Of a stretch of DNA of 64,000 nt, positions 11,992-23,150 are shown piece after piece (position 1 is the stretch's first letter; every line of letters begins with the position of its first letter). The position numbers and the translations under genes were made by a program. The notes beneath the pieces were generated by a model. The model made no database searches. It saw nothing but the letters and a program-made list of their open reading frames with translations, and had not been told where the DNA came from. The stretch comes from Anolis carolinensis (lineage: Eukaryota): the NCBI RefSeq assembly GCF_035594765.1, contig NC_085842.1:78530782-78594781 (forward strand), read 5' to 3'.

Positions 11992-13890
11992 GAATCATAG
12001 AATCATAGAATAGTAGAGTTGGAAGAGACCACATGGGCCATCCAGTCCAACCCCCTGCTAAGAAGCAGGAAATCGCATTCAAAGCACCCCCGACAGATGG
12101 CCATCCAGCCTCTGCTTAAAAGCCTCCAAAGAAGGAGCCTCCACCACGGCCCTGGGGAGAGAGTTCCACTGTCGAACAGCCCTCACAGTGAGGAAGTTCT
12201 TCCTGATGTTCAAGTGGAATCTCCTTTCCTGTAGTTTGAAGCCATTGTTCCGTGTCCTAGTCTGCAGGGCAGCAGAAAACAAGCTTGCTCCCTCCTCCCT
12301 TTGACTTCCCTTCACGTATTTGTATATGGCTATCATGTCTCCTCTCAGCCTTCTCTTCTGCAGGCTAAACATGCCCAGCTCTTTAAGCCGCTCCTCATAG
12401 GGCTTGTTCTCCAGACCCTTAATCATTTTAGTCGCCCTCCTCTGGACGCTTTCCAGCTTGTCAACATCTCCCTTCAACTGTGGTGCCCAAAATTGGACAC
12501 AGTATTCCAGGTGTGGTCTGACCAAGGCAGAATAGAGGGGGAGCATGACTTCCCTGGATCTAGACGCTATTCCCCTATTGATGCAGGCCAGAATCCCATT
12601 GGCTTTTTTAGCAGCCGCATCACATTGTTGGCTCATGTTTAACTTGTTGTCCACAAGAACTCCAAGGTCTTTTTCGCACACACTGCTGTCAAGCCAGGCG
12701 TCCCCCATTCTGTATCTTTGATTTCCATTTTTTCTGCCGAAGTGAAGTATCTTGCATTTGTCCCTGTTGAACTTCATTTTGTTAGTTTCGGCCCATCTCT
12801 CTAGTCTGTCAAGATCGTTTTGAATTCTGCTCCTGTCTTCTGGAGTGTTAGCTATCCCTCCCAGTTTTGTGTCGTCTGCAAACTTGATTATCGTGCCTTC
12901 TAACCCTTCGTCTAAGTCGTTAATAAAGATGTTGAACAGAACCGGGCCCAGGACGGAGCCCTGCGGCACTCCACTTGTCACTTCTTTCCATGATGAAGAC
13001 GACGCATTGGTGAGCACCCTTTGGGTTCGTTCGCTTAGCCAATTACAGATCCACCTAACCGTAGTTTTGTCTAGCCCACATTTTACTAGTTTGTTTGCCA
13101 GAAGGTCGTGGGGGACTTTGTCGAAGGCCTTACTGAAATCCAGGTACGCTACATCCACGGCATTCCCTGTATCGACCCAACTCGTAACTCTATCGAAAAA
13201 AGAGATCAGATTAGTCTGGCATGACTTGTTTTTGGTAAATCCGTGTTGACTATTAGCAATGACCGCATTTGTTTCTAAGTGTTCGCAGACCACTTCCTTA
13301 ATGATCTTTTCCAGAATTTTGCCTGGTATTGATGTGAGGCTGACCGGACGGTAATTGTTTGGGTCGTTCTTTTTTCCCTTCTTGAAGATAGGGACCACAT
13401 TCGCCCTCCTCCAATCTGCTGGGACTTCTCCCGTTCTCCAAGAACTCTCGAAGATAATTGCCAGTGGTTCTGAAATAACTTCCGCTAGTTCCTTCAGTAC
13501 TCTTGGATGTAGCTGGTCTGGCCCTGGGGACTTGAATTCGTTTAGAGTGGCCAGGTGTTCCTGGACAACTTGTTTCCCTATTTGGGGTTGGATTTCCCCC
13601 AATCCTTCGTCCATTCCATGTTGCTGAGGTTGAAGATGGCTTTCTTTTTGTGAGAAGACCGAGGCAAAGAAGGCATTAAGTAGTTCTGCCTTTTCCCTGT
13701 CCCCTGTCGCCATCACCCCATCTTCTCCTTGCAATGGCCCTATCGCCTCCTTTTTCTTCCTTTTTCTACCAACGTAAGCAAAAAAGCATTTTTTGTTGTT
13801 TTTATGTCCCTGGCAAGCCTGAGCTCATTTTGCGCTTTAGCCTTGCGAACCTTTTCCCTACAGGTGTTGGCTATACGTTTGAATTCTTCT
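11992..13890 (-). mobile_element. Young 5'-truncated CR1 LINE with an uninterrupted 551-aa RT ORF (12079..13734)
   Basis: [33 protein letters not shown] and FADD motifs; (ATTCTATG)n tail at 11992-12012. Confidence 0.97.
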
Positions 13891-15438
13891 TTCAAGAAGG
13901 TCCTCCTCTGTGGATCTCAGGGCTTGGGCAGGCTTATACTAGGAGATATGGCCTCTCCCAGTCCAACTCTCAAACTACTGTGTTATGCTGGTTCTCATCA
14001 ACTACGTTTATGAAGATGAGGTTTGCAGACTGCCTCCCTCTTAGGGTGAGAGAGTATGACTTGTCCAGGGCTGAGTGAGAATTTGGACCTTGATCTCTCA
14101 GAGTCCAACTCCAACACGCAAATCGTTACACTACATTGGTTCACAACACTATGCTGAAACTACTGCCATACTGTTTTGAATTAAAATAATAAAGGAGCGG
14201 AGAATTAATGTGGCTTGATCAGGGAGGGCATTTAGCTATTCCTGTGCATATCATTTCTCAGATCCAAATAGTTCCTCAACCCCAAGAAGTGCCATTTTGA
14301 AAGTGCATGTTAGTCTCATTCGCTGCCTCTCCACTTCAATCCCCACAACAGTTGCTTGTCTTTGAAGAAAATGTCATTGGGTGATATCTTATGCATGTTT
14401 GCTTAAAACAGTATAAAAATTGGGATTCTGGTTCTTTACGAAGTAATGGCTATAACTGATTTAAGGAAGTACAAAAAGGAAGAGGGTTGTGTGTGTAAAA
14501 AAGGTTGGTGGCATTTCTAGGACTAGCTGAGTCATGATTTCATGTCATGTTTTCAGATGTGTTGAAAGCAGTGATTTCGTGGAAATGGATTGATTCAAGT
14601 GGATTACACAATAACTTATCCCAAAATAAACCCTTGACTCTTAAAGGTGCCACCAATTCCTTAATACCCCCCCCCCCCCCCCGGACACACACACACACTT
14701 TTTAAAAATACTGACACCACCTGAAGGCTCTTCCAGATTGGTCTAAAGAAGCATGAGTTTTTGCTGAGTTTGCTGTACCATTTTGTCTCCTTCCATTCCA
14801 TTCTTTTGCAGACTTGTTTATGCCAATTTCTTAGATCCAAAGTAGAGCTAAAAGTTTTGCAAAACTGGGTATTCCAATGGCATGATGGACAAATTTTCTT
14901 CTTTGATTTTTTGTTTTAAATCTTAGATGTGTAGCATTATAGTGCAAAAGCTGATGCACTACAACTCCCCCCACCCCACGAAAAAAAAGCAAAGACAGAA
15001 AGAGGATGATACTGTTTTGTTCTGAAAGAAAAGAGTGTCAGGGGTTCTATGCAATCATAAAACTCCTGTTCTTGCGGAAGTTACTCTATTAATTCCGGTG
15101 TAGGAACCAGGTATCCTAAAACACAATTGTAGTGGTATTCTTCTTGAACAACAAAACGGGCAGAGACTTTCGTTCTTTCCCAAATAAGCAGGAAGGCATT
15201 TCTTTCTCCTTTGTTGCAGCAGTGTACAAAGTATATACAATGTATACAAACTTTACAGCAGTGTCTTCCTCGCTACTCACAGCAGCAATTCTCCAAACCA
15301 CTATCTGTCCCTCCCTCATCAAACTTACTTGGTATAACTACTACTCTTACCGCATTAAACATCACACCCTGATTACAGTGGCTTAACTCTTTTACAAGTG
15401 GTTTAGGTCAGAGGCATTAAATCTTTTATCACTTAGGA

Positions 15439-16558
15439 CAGCATTTCTGAACCTGGGGGTTGGGACCCTGGGGGGATCACAAGGAGGGTGTCAGAGGGGT
15501 CACCAAAGACACATATTTCTGATGGTCTTAGGAACTCCTAGAATCATAGAGTTGGAAGAGACCTCATGGGCCATCCAGTCCAACCCCTGTCAAGAAGCAG
15601 GAAATCATATTCAAAGAACCTCCGACAGATGGCCATCCAGCTTCTTCTTAAAAGCCTCCAAAGAAGGAGCCTCCATCACAGAGAGTTCCACTGCTGAACA
15701 GCCCTCACAGTGAGGAAGTTCTTCCCCATGTTCAGGTGAAATCTCCTTTCCTGTAATTTGAAGACTTTTTTCCTCATCCTAGTCTCCAGGGCAGCAGAAA
15801 ACAATCTTGCTCCCTCCTCCTTATGACTTCCCCTCACATATTTATACATAGCTATCATGTCTCCTCTCAGCCTTCTCTTCTGCAAGCTAAACATGCCCAG
15901 CCCTTTAAGCCGCTCCTCATAGGGCTTGTTCTCCAGACCCTTAATCATTTTAGTTGCCCTCCTCTGGACACATTCCAGCTTGTCAACATCTCCCTTAAAT
16001 TGTGGTGTTCAGAATTGGACACAGTATTCCAGGTGTGGTCTGAACAAGGTGGAATAGAGGGGTAGCATGACTTTCCTTTGGGAGAGAAGGCTGAAGAACC
16101 CTCCACCTGTCCTCCTCTTCCTTTTTGAAAACAGACAATGAATCCTCCCATCAAAAGCCCTCCTCCTGCTGTGATTGGCCATCAAAAACAGCCAGTATTC
16201 ACTGTTGGCCATTAGATAGTGTGCCAAGTTTGGTGCAGATCCATTGTGGGCTGGGTTCTGGATACTCTTTGATTTTAGGTTAACTATAAATCCCAGCAGC
16301 CTCAACTCGCAAATGACAAAATCAACCCCCCCCCCCAACCCCACCCGTATTCAAATTTGGGCGTATCGGGTATTTGTGCCAAATTTGGTCCAGTGAATGA
16401 ATATTCATCCTACATATCAGATATTTACATTACAATTCATAACAGTAGCTAAATTACAGTTAAGAAGTAGCAGCGAAAATAATTTTATGGTTGGGGGTCA
16501 CCACAACATGAGGATCTGTATTAAGAGGTCGCAGCATTAGGAAGGTTGAGAACCACTG
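15439..16558. mobile_element. SPIN-like (URR1-like) hAT non-autonomous element interrupted by a CR1
   Basis: Right end ggggtcaccacaacatgagg...gcattaggaaggttgagaaccactg; degenerate left TIR cagcatttctgaacct; 8-bp TSD acttagga/agttaaga. Confidence 0.8.
15541..16075 (-). mobile_element. CR1 3' fragment nested in the SPIN-like element
   Basis: ORF 15676..15948 is nearly identical to the C-terminus of the CR1 ORF at 12079. Confidence 0.92.
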
Positions 16559-16593
16559 AGTTAAGAAATGTCAGGTAATTTTCAAATCCTGAA

Positions 16594-16595
16594 AT

Positions 16596-16632
<37 letters not shown>
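16594..16632. repeat. (CAA)n microsatellite
   Basis: Direct reading. Confidence 0.9.
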
Positions 16633-16634
<2 letters not shown>

Positions 16635-17534
16635 TTTATTTGTATTCCGACAAAGAGTAGAGTCACCTTTTTGTTCTTAAAGTTAAAACAAACTCTCATG
16701 TTGGAGAAAGTGGGAATAAAAGGTTGCAGCAGGTGATGGGAACAGCCAGAAAATAGTCCGGAAACTATGACACATTGTTAAAGAAAAAACAAAACAAAAA
16801 CTCTGAGAAATAGAGCAACAAATATTGCAACCATCAAACACATTTTCCTTGCAAGGAGGCTCTCAGTACTAGTATTTCTCTGAAAACTATTCTAGCAAAG
16901 AACAATTGGATAACTGTTTAACATTAACCACCATTTCAATACTATTTCTAGAATCCCATTCAAGTATTATTTTAAAGAAGTATATAGAGAGAACTGAGGA
17001 CTTGTGCCATAGCCTCACTACCCTCCATTCTCTGGCCCCTTCTACACTGCCATATAATCCAGTTCAAAGCAGATAATTTGGATTTTATATGGCAGCGTAG
17101 AAGGGGCCTTAGTTCTTGGGAAGATTTGGAAAGGAGTTCTAATCGCAGTTGGCAGAAGGAGGCTGCACAAGATTGGAAACCCCAATGAGGCAGCATCCAA
17201 TGGTTCTCATTTGATCAAGATCAAATCTTTGTATTTCATTTGATATGAGCCTTCCCCATTTTATGTATGTATGTAGGTATGTATTGCATTCATAAGCAGC
17301 CTTTCTCCTTTTGTGGGACCCAACCTGGCTTGTAAACAATAAAACAACATTAGCAACAAAAATAACAAGAAGATAAAATAAAATAATTATGTTTGTAAGA
17401 TTAAAATTAAAAGTTTGCCAGACTAAAACTAAAAATTAAAAAATCTAAAGTAATATTACAATTTCTGTTAATATTGGACATAACATAAAAATATTTTATA
17501 TGCAAGGCTTTTGAGTTATTTCTTGGCATTATGG

Positions 17535-17577
<43 letters not shown>

Positions 17578-17580
17578 TAT

Positions 17581-17910
17581 GGGGCCCTGGTGGCACAGTG
17601 TGTTTAAGCACTGAGCTGCTGAACTTGCAGACCGAAAGGTGCCAGGTTCAAATCCTGGGAGTGGAATGAGCGCCCGCTGTTAGCCCCAGCTCCTGCCAAC
17701 CTAGCAGTTCGAAAGCATGCAAATGTGAGCAGATCAATAGGTACTGCTCCGATGGGTAGGTAACAGCACTCCATGCAGTCATGCTGGCCACATGACCTTG
17801 GAAGTGTCTATGGACAACACCGGCTCTTCGGCTTAGAAATGGAGATGAGCACCAACCCCCAGAGTCGGTCACGACTGGACTTAACATCAGGGAAACCTTT
17901 ACCTTTACCT
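17581..17910 (+). mobile_element. Full-length Sauria SINE flanked by (CA)n and (TG)n/(TA)n microsatellites
   Basis: tRNA-like head (tggcacagtg...ggttcaaatcc), gcatgcaaatgtgag core, (ACCTTT)n tail. Confidence 0.9.
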
Positions 17911-17916
17911 ATATAC

Positions 17917-17968
<52 letters not shown>

Positions 17969-18668
17969 TACATATATACATATATACATACATATACACT
18001 GAATATATATATATTAACGATAATAACAATAATTAAAAATATAGTATGTGGGATATGCAATGATCACAAACATGTGATCCTAATAAAATAAAAATGAATG
18101 CAGGCAAAAATCTAAATTTCATGGGTGGGATTTTTTGAAACCTTCTTCTCATGTCGCCATCATTGTCATGCTGTCTAAATCTCTCTACAAAATTTTCCTA
18201 GGTCTTATTCTGGGGGTAGCCAGGGGGCTATGGGGAAATTGCCCTTCCTAGTTCCAATGACATTTGGTCTTCTATCTACAGACATCTATTACTGAAACCT
18301 GAACTATAGGCATATAACAACTTTACAAAAACATCAATTTGTTTCTATTTCCTAGTTCTGCCATACTCCATATTAAATGAAATGACTATGTTTTGGTAAT
18401 ATGCTCTCTGATGCTGATTTTTAATTTCAAACAATTCTTCATAGTATTTTACATTCAATGGTATCTTGCTATCAGCAGAAGAGATGCAAGTGTTGCACCG
18501 AATAATACACACATCCTTCCAGATCTGCTCCAAAAGATCAGAGGACTCCAGAACAGATGTGGCAGGGGGACATGGGAGATTGCAGGAGGAAGATGGAAAT
18601 AAACATCTTCACCACTTAGAGGGTTGTTGCGTGTTTTCCGGGCTGTATGGCCATGTTCCAGAAGTATT

Positions 18669-18712
18669 CTCTCCTGACATTTCACCCACATCTATGGCAG
18701 GCATCCTCAGAG
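18669..18712 (-). ncRNA. Hammerhead motif variant (GAAATGTC) in a Penelope pLTR, sense to STAB1 pre-mRNA
   Basis: ctCTGAGGAtgcctgccatagatgtgggtGAAatgtCaggag on minus strand. Confidence 0.55.
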
Positions 18713-19314
18713 ATTGTGAGGTATATTCGAAACACTAAGCGAAGAAGGTTTCTATATCTGTGGAAGGTCCAGGGTGGGAGAAAGAACTCTTGTCTGTTGG
18801 AGGCCAGAGTGAATGTTGTAATTAATCACCTTGATTAGCATTAATGGCCTTGCCGGCTTCATATCCGCCCTGAGTCCCCTCTTGGGTGAGAAGGGCGGGA
18901 TACATATCCTGGCTTCTTCCTGCCTGGGGGAATCTTTCATTCTGAGGTGTTAGCTGCCCCTGATTGATTCATGTCTGTAATTCCTCTGTTCTCAGAGTGT
19001 TGTTCTTTATTTACTGTTCTGATTTTAGAGTTTTTAAATATTGTAGCCAGATTTTTTTTTTCATTTTCATGGTTTCCTCCTTTCTGTTGAAATTGCCCAC
19101 ATGCTTGTGGATTTCAATGGCTTCTCTGTGTAGACTGACATGATAGTTGTTAGAGTGGTCCAGCATTTCTGTGTTCTCAGATAATATACTGTGTCCAGGT
19201 TGGTTCATCAAGTGCTCTGCTATGGCTGACTTCTCTGGTTGAGTTAGTCTGCAGTGCCTGAACCTTTCACAGATATATAAACCTTCCTTGCTTAGTTTTC
19301 CAACATACCTCACA

Positions 19315-19358
19315 ACCTCTGAGGATGCCTGCCATAGATGTGGGTGAAACGTCAGGAG
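19315..19358 (+). ncRNA. Minimal type-I hammerhead ribozyme motif in a Penelope pLTR
   Basis: acct-CTGAGGA-t-gcctgc(cata gat)gtgggt-GAA-ACGT-C-agg: catalytic core, stem II, palindromic ACGT stem III, GUC cleavage triplet, short stem I. Confidence 0.7.
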
Positions 19359-19974
19359 ATAATACCTCTGGAACATGGCCATACAGCCTGGAAAACACAC
19401 AACAACCCTGTGATTTCAGCCATGAAAGCCTTCAATAACACATCTTTCCCTTGACTTTAGCGTCACTATAAATTATGAAGGCACACAACAGCACAACATC
19501 ATTATTATTGACAAATGTGGCTAAACACTGATCCAGTTCTGCTTTGAACTGGATTATTTGAGTCTCCACTGCCATATAATCAGGGATAAGAAGATAACCT
19601 GGGATCAGATTCTGGGATATAAGTACAGTGTAGAAGGGGCTTGATTCAAATCTATCCATATTTGTCAATAATAATGACATTGTGATGTTGTGTGCCTTCA
19701 AATAATTTATAATGACACTAAAGTTAACCTATCATGAGGTTTCCGTGGCACCTTTAATAAGAGGTCATCTGCAGGTTGTAACATTAGTTTGAGGCCCCAT
19801 CTACACTGCCCTATAATGGGCATTATAAGGTCAGTGTAGACTCATATAACATAGGTCAGTGCAGTAAAACTGCATTATACGAGTCTATGCTTAAAGCGCC
19901 TTAAATGTATATTTAAATGTATAATTATGTATAATGTATATTCTTAATTTTATTGTAATTTTTAATCTCAATGG

Positions 19975-20025
<51 letters not shown>

Positions 20026-20073
20026 GTATGTTTATATTGTAAGCCGCCCTGAGTCCCCTGATGGCTGAGAAGG

Positions 20074-20238
20074 NNNNNNNNNNNNNNNNNNNNNNNNNNN
20101 NNNNNNNNNNNNNNNNNNNNNNNNNNNNNNNNNNNNNNNNNNNNNNNNNNNNNNNNNNNNNNNNNNNNNNNNNNNNNNNNNNNNNNNNNNNNNNNNNNNN
20201 NNNNNNNNNNNNNNNNNNNNNNNNNNNNNNNNNNNNNN
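20074..20238. other. Assembly gap (165 N) next to a (TA)n tract and an L2 tail
   Basis: Run of n. Confidence 0.99.
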
Positions 20239-21516
20239 AAACAACAAAACTACACATCCCAGAAACTTGGCAGCACAACCCCTCATCCATGCCTCTACGT
20301 TCATACAACAAAAAGAAAAGAAAAATAAAGTCCTAATTAGAGGGAGAGGAATAATTGTTTTTATCCAATTGCTGCCAGTTAGAAGGCTAAGCTCCGCCCA
20401 CTTGGTCTCCTAGCAACCCACTTAGCCCAGGGGACAGGCAGAGTTAGGCCTCACTTAGGCCTCTTCCACACTGCCTATAAAATACAGATTATCTGATTTT
20501 AACTGGATTCCATGCAGCTGTGTAGAAGGGGACTCATATAATCCAGTTCTAAGCAGATAATATAAGATTATAAATATACAGTAGAGTCTCACTTATCCAA
20601 CATAAACAGGCCGGCAGAACGTTGGATAAGTGAATATATTGGATAATAAGAAGGGTTTCAGCAAAAGCCGATTTAACATCAAATTAGGTAATCATTATAC
20701 AAATTAAGCACCAAAACATCATGTTATACAACAAATTTGACAGAAAAATGTAATGCTATGACATGCACAGTAATGCTATGTAGTAATTACTATATTTACA
20801 AATTACTGTATTTACAAATAACTTTTGGAATGGCCCAGATTACACTTGTGGCTTACATGATTCATTGTGAATGTATTGTTTTAAATGCTTTAATTGTTTT
20901 AATGTATTTTATAATTCTTTTAAATATCCATTTGAATTGTACATTGTTTTTAAGGCATTAAATAGTTGCCTATTTGTAAAGCTGCCTCAAGTCCCCTCCG
21001 AGGTTGAGAAAGGTTGGGTAGAAATGTCATAAATAATAACATACATAAATTGATAACACTCATTATGTGTGTATGTGCCTTCAAATCTCCTCTTGCTTTA
21101 TGGCGACTCTGAATTTCATAAGGCTTTCTTAGGCTAGGAATACTGGGAGTTGACTTTGCCAGACCTTTCCTCTGAAATATAGCCTAAAGCAACTAATGTT
21201 CATTGACTGTCTCCCACCCAAGTACTAACTAGAACTAACTAGTACTAACTCTTCTTATCTTCCAAGATAAGTGTGGATCTTTCACACTTAAAAATATCCC
21301 CCTGCACTCACACCCTTAGGCTGATCAATCATTTAATGATTTCAAAATGTAAATAATACCCTGCACTGGCCATTAGAAACATGCTGATTTAATCTCAGGG
21401 CATTCTCCATTGAAGAGGAAGCCAACTTCCCCGGTGAGTGTGATGGAGCACACTTCCCAAGTCTTCTGTGCAGACATCACTGCAGTTTCCAGTGCTCAAG
21501 AGAGCTATCCACTTAC

Positions 21517-21594
21517 CTGGCCTTGCTCTTCAGTTGGAGGCATGAAGCATGCTGCTAAGATGAAAAGGAATAAGCCGGGAGCTCTCATTGCCAT
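21517..21594 (-). CDS. STAB1: Stabilin-1 coding exon 1, signal peptide: MAMRAPGLFLFILAACFMPPTEEQGQ
   Basis: ATG in good context (ggcacATGG); hydrophobic leader; CAG/gtaagt donor; 78 nt ending in GQ, like the mammalian exon 1. Confidence 0.88.
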
Positions 21595-21960
21595 GTGCCT
21601 TTGCTGAGACCCCTCTGCTTAGAGGAGATGTGGAGGATGCCGATGCTGTTTATGTAAGATAACCCGCCTACTAAGAATCAGATCCAAGGAACTCAGAAGT
21701 GAAACGAAGACAAGGGAAAAACATTTTGCATGCTGTAGATCTCTTATTCCAAAATATACAAAAGCAAGCTTGCTTTGACGGAGTCTGAACTGTCAGCAGA
21801 TCCGTTCAAAGGGAAAAAAGCACAGAGGTAATAAAAATAACTCTCAGAAAGAAATGTGGGAAGGGAGAGGGGGGTTACTCAAAACAGGAACATCGACAGA
21901 TTTCCTCTCTCATATCAGTTCAAAACGGACGGAAGGAAATCCTTCATTTTTCATCGGCGT
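21595..21960 (-). promoter_or_regulatory. Putative STAB1 5' UTR and proximal promoter (no CpG island) with MAF half-sites, GATA, IRF-like and ETS motifs
   Basis: TGCTGA 21602-21607; AGATAA 21657-21662; GAAGTGAAACGAAG ~21696-21709; TCAGCA 21793-21798; CGGAAGGAAAT ~21930-21940. Confidence 0.4.
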
Positions 21961-22679
21961 GGTATTTTAATCATACATACATACTGTGAAGTGAAGCTGG
22001 TGGGTGAACTAGAGTTGATGCAGATCTGGATGGTAAATTCATAGGGTGACATTAAATTGTTTCCAGGGATTGCTTTGGGTTTTACTAGAGTTTACCAGTC
22101 ACTAACTGTTTGAAATATACACAATATTTCAAAAGTGGTGATTTGCTCAAGATGATTATCAAAGTTTTAAAACTTGAAGAAATCCTCTTTAAAATAATGT
22201 TATAACAGTATCCCATTGAAACATTTTATTTTCAGGGCATGCCAGTGATCCTCCTCACAACGCTCTTTGGAATAATAAAATGTTACTCTTGGGCCTACTT
22301 TGCTACAGACTTTGTTGCCAAAAGCACCACAAATGCAAATGTAACAACTCATATTAAAATAACAAGAAGTTTCTTAGTCGTCCATCTCTTTCCACAAGTG
22401 TTCATATTGTTTCATCATAAAAGGAAATTGCTTAATTATATTTTTAGGAGAAGACAAGTAGCAAGTAAAATAATATAAACTACCATTCCATAACAGTAAA
22501 AAGCAACAACTCTCTCTCAACTTCTACAGAAGATTTTGGATGTGCACGTTTCTTTGTGAATAGTAGCAGCTACACACTGCATGACTTTGAAATTAGTCAG
22601 TGGGGACTTGGAGCAGTTTGTGGTATAAACACACGGAGCTCCGAGGTACCATTGCAGAGTCATTATTGCTCTGCAGAAC

Positions 22680-23026
22680 TAGCATCCCAGTGGCACAGGG
22701 GGTAAAACCCTTGTGCCAGCAGAACTGATGGCTTGGAGGTTGGGTTGCTGGCCTGAAGTTGCCGGTTCAAATACAAGCCTTCTGTTGCTGGTCATCGACT
22801 GTAATAAATAAATATAATAAAATACAAGCCGGGGAGAGCATGGATGAGCTCCCTCTATCAGCTCCAGCTCCATGCGGGGACATAAGAGAAGCCTCCCATA
22901 AGGATGATAAAAACATCAAAAAATCCCGGGCGTCCCCTGGGCAATATCCTTGCAGACAGCCAATTCTCTCACACCAGAAATGACTTGCAGTTTCTCAAGT
23001 CGCTCCTGACATGGAAAAAAAAAAAA
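22680..23026 (+). mobile_element. Anolis SINE2-like tRNA-derived SINE with A-tail, carrying a 40-bp internal insertion
   Basis: A/B-box head; 3' end gcagtttctcaagtcgctcctgaca followed by poly-A. Confidence 0.75.
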
Positions 23027-23150
23027 CAACCAAGTAGAGATATCCATATAAATACCTGCTGTGGTCTAGGTATTTGACAGCACACATTAACACAAGACCA
23101 TTTACAGACATTAAGACCATTACAGGCATTACACTGTGTGGGCAATGTTT

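Larger units (their letters stand above)
18620..19440 (-). mobile_element. Penelope-like element: GIY-YIG C-terminal remnant with inverted terminal (pLTR) repeats
   Basis: RHCRLTQPEKSAIAEHLMNQPGH...HREAIEIHKH; 18620-18772 is inverted relative to 19258-19409. Confidence 0.88.

Noticed and set aside
12301-14078. Plus-strand ORFs of 90-134 aa
   Set aside because: Antisense shadows of the CR1 RT ORF.
18345-18533. Cys-containing ORF (VCIIRCNTCISS) as a possible STAB1 exon
   Set aside because: True exon 2 was found at 11058-11188 with correct phase and motifs; this ORF lacks matching splice sites.
19925-20336. ORFs spanning X runs
   Set aside because: Artefacts of the N gap and (TA)n.
20239-20830. 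Composite repeat, possibly a non-autonomous Helitron with captured MITE pieces
   Set aside because: Termini are not visible (one end abuts the gap); the family cannot be supported.
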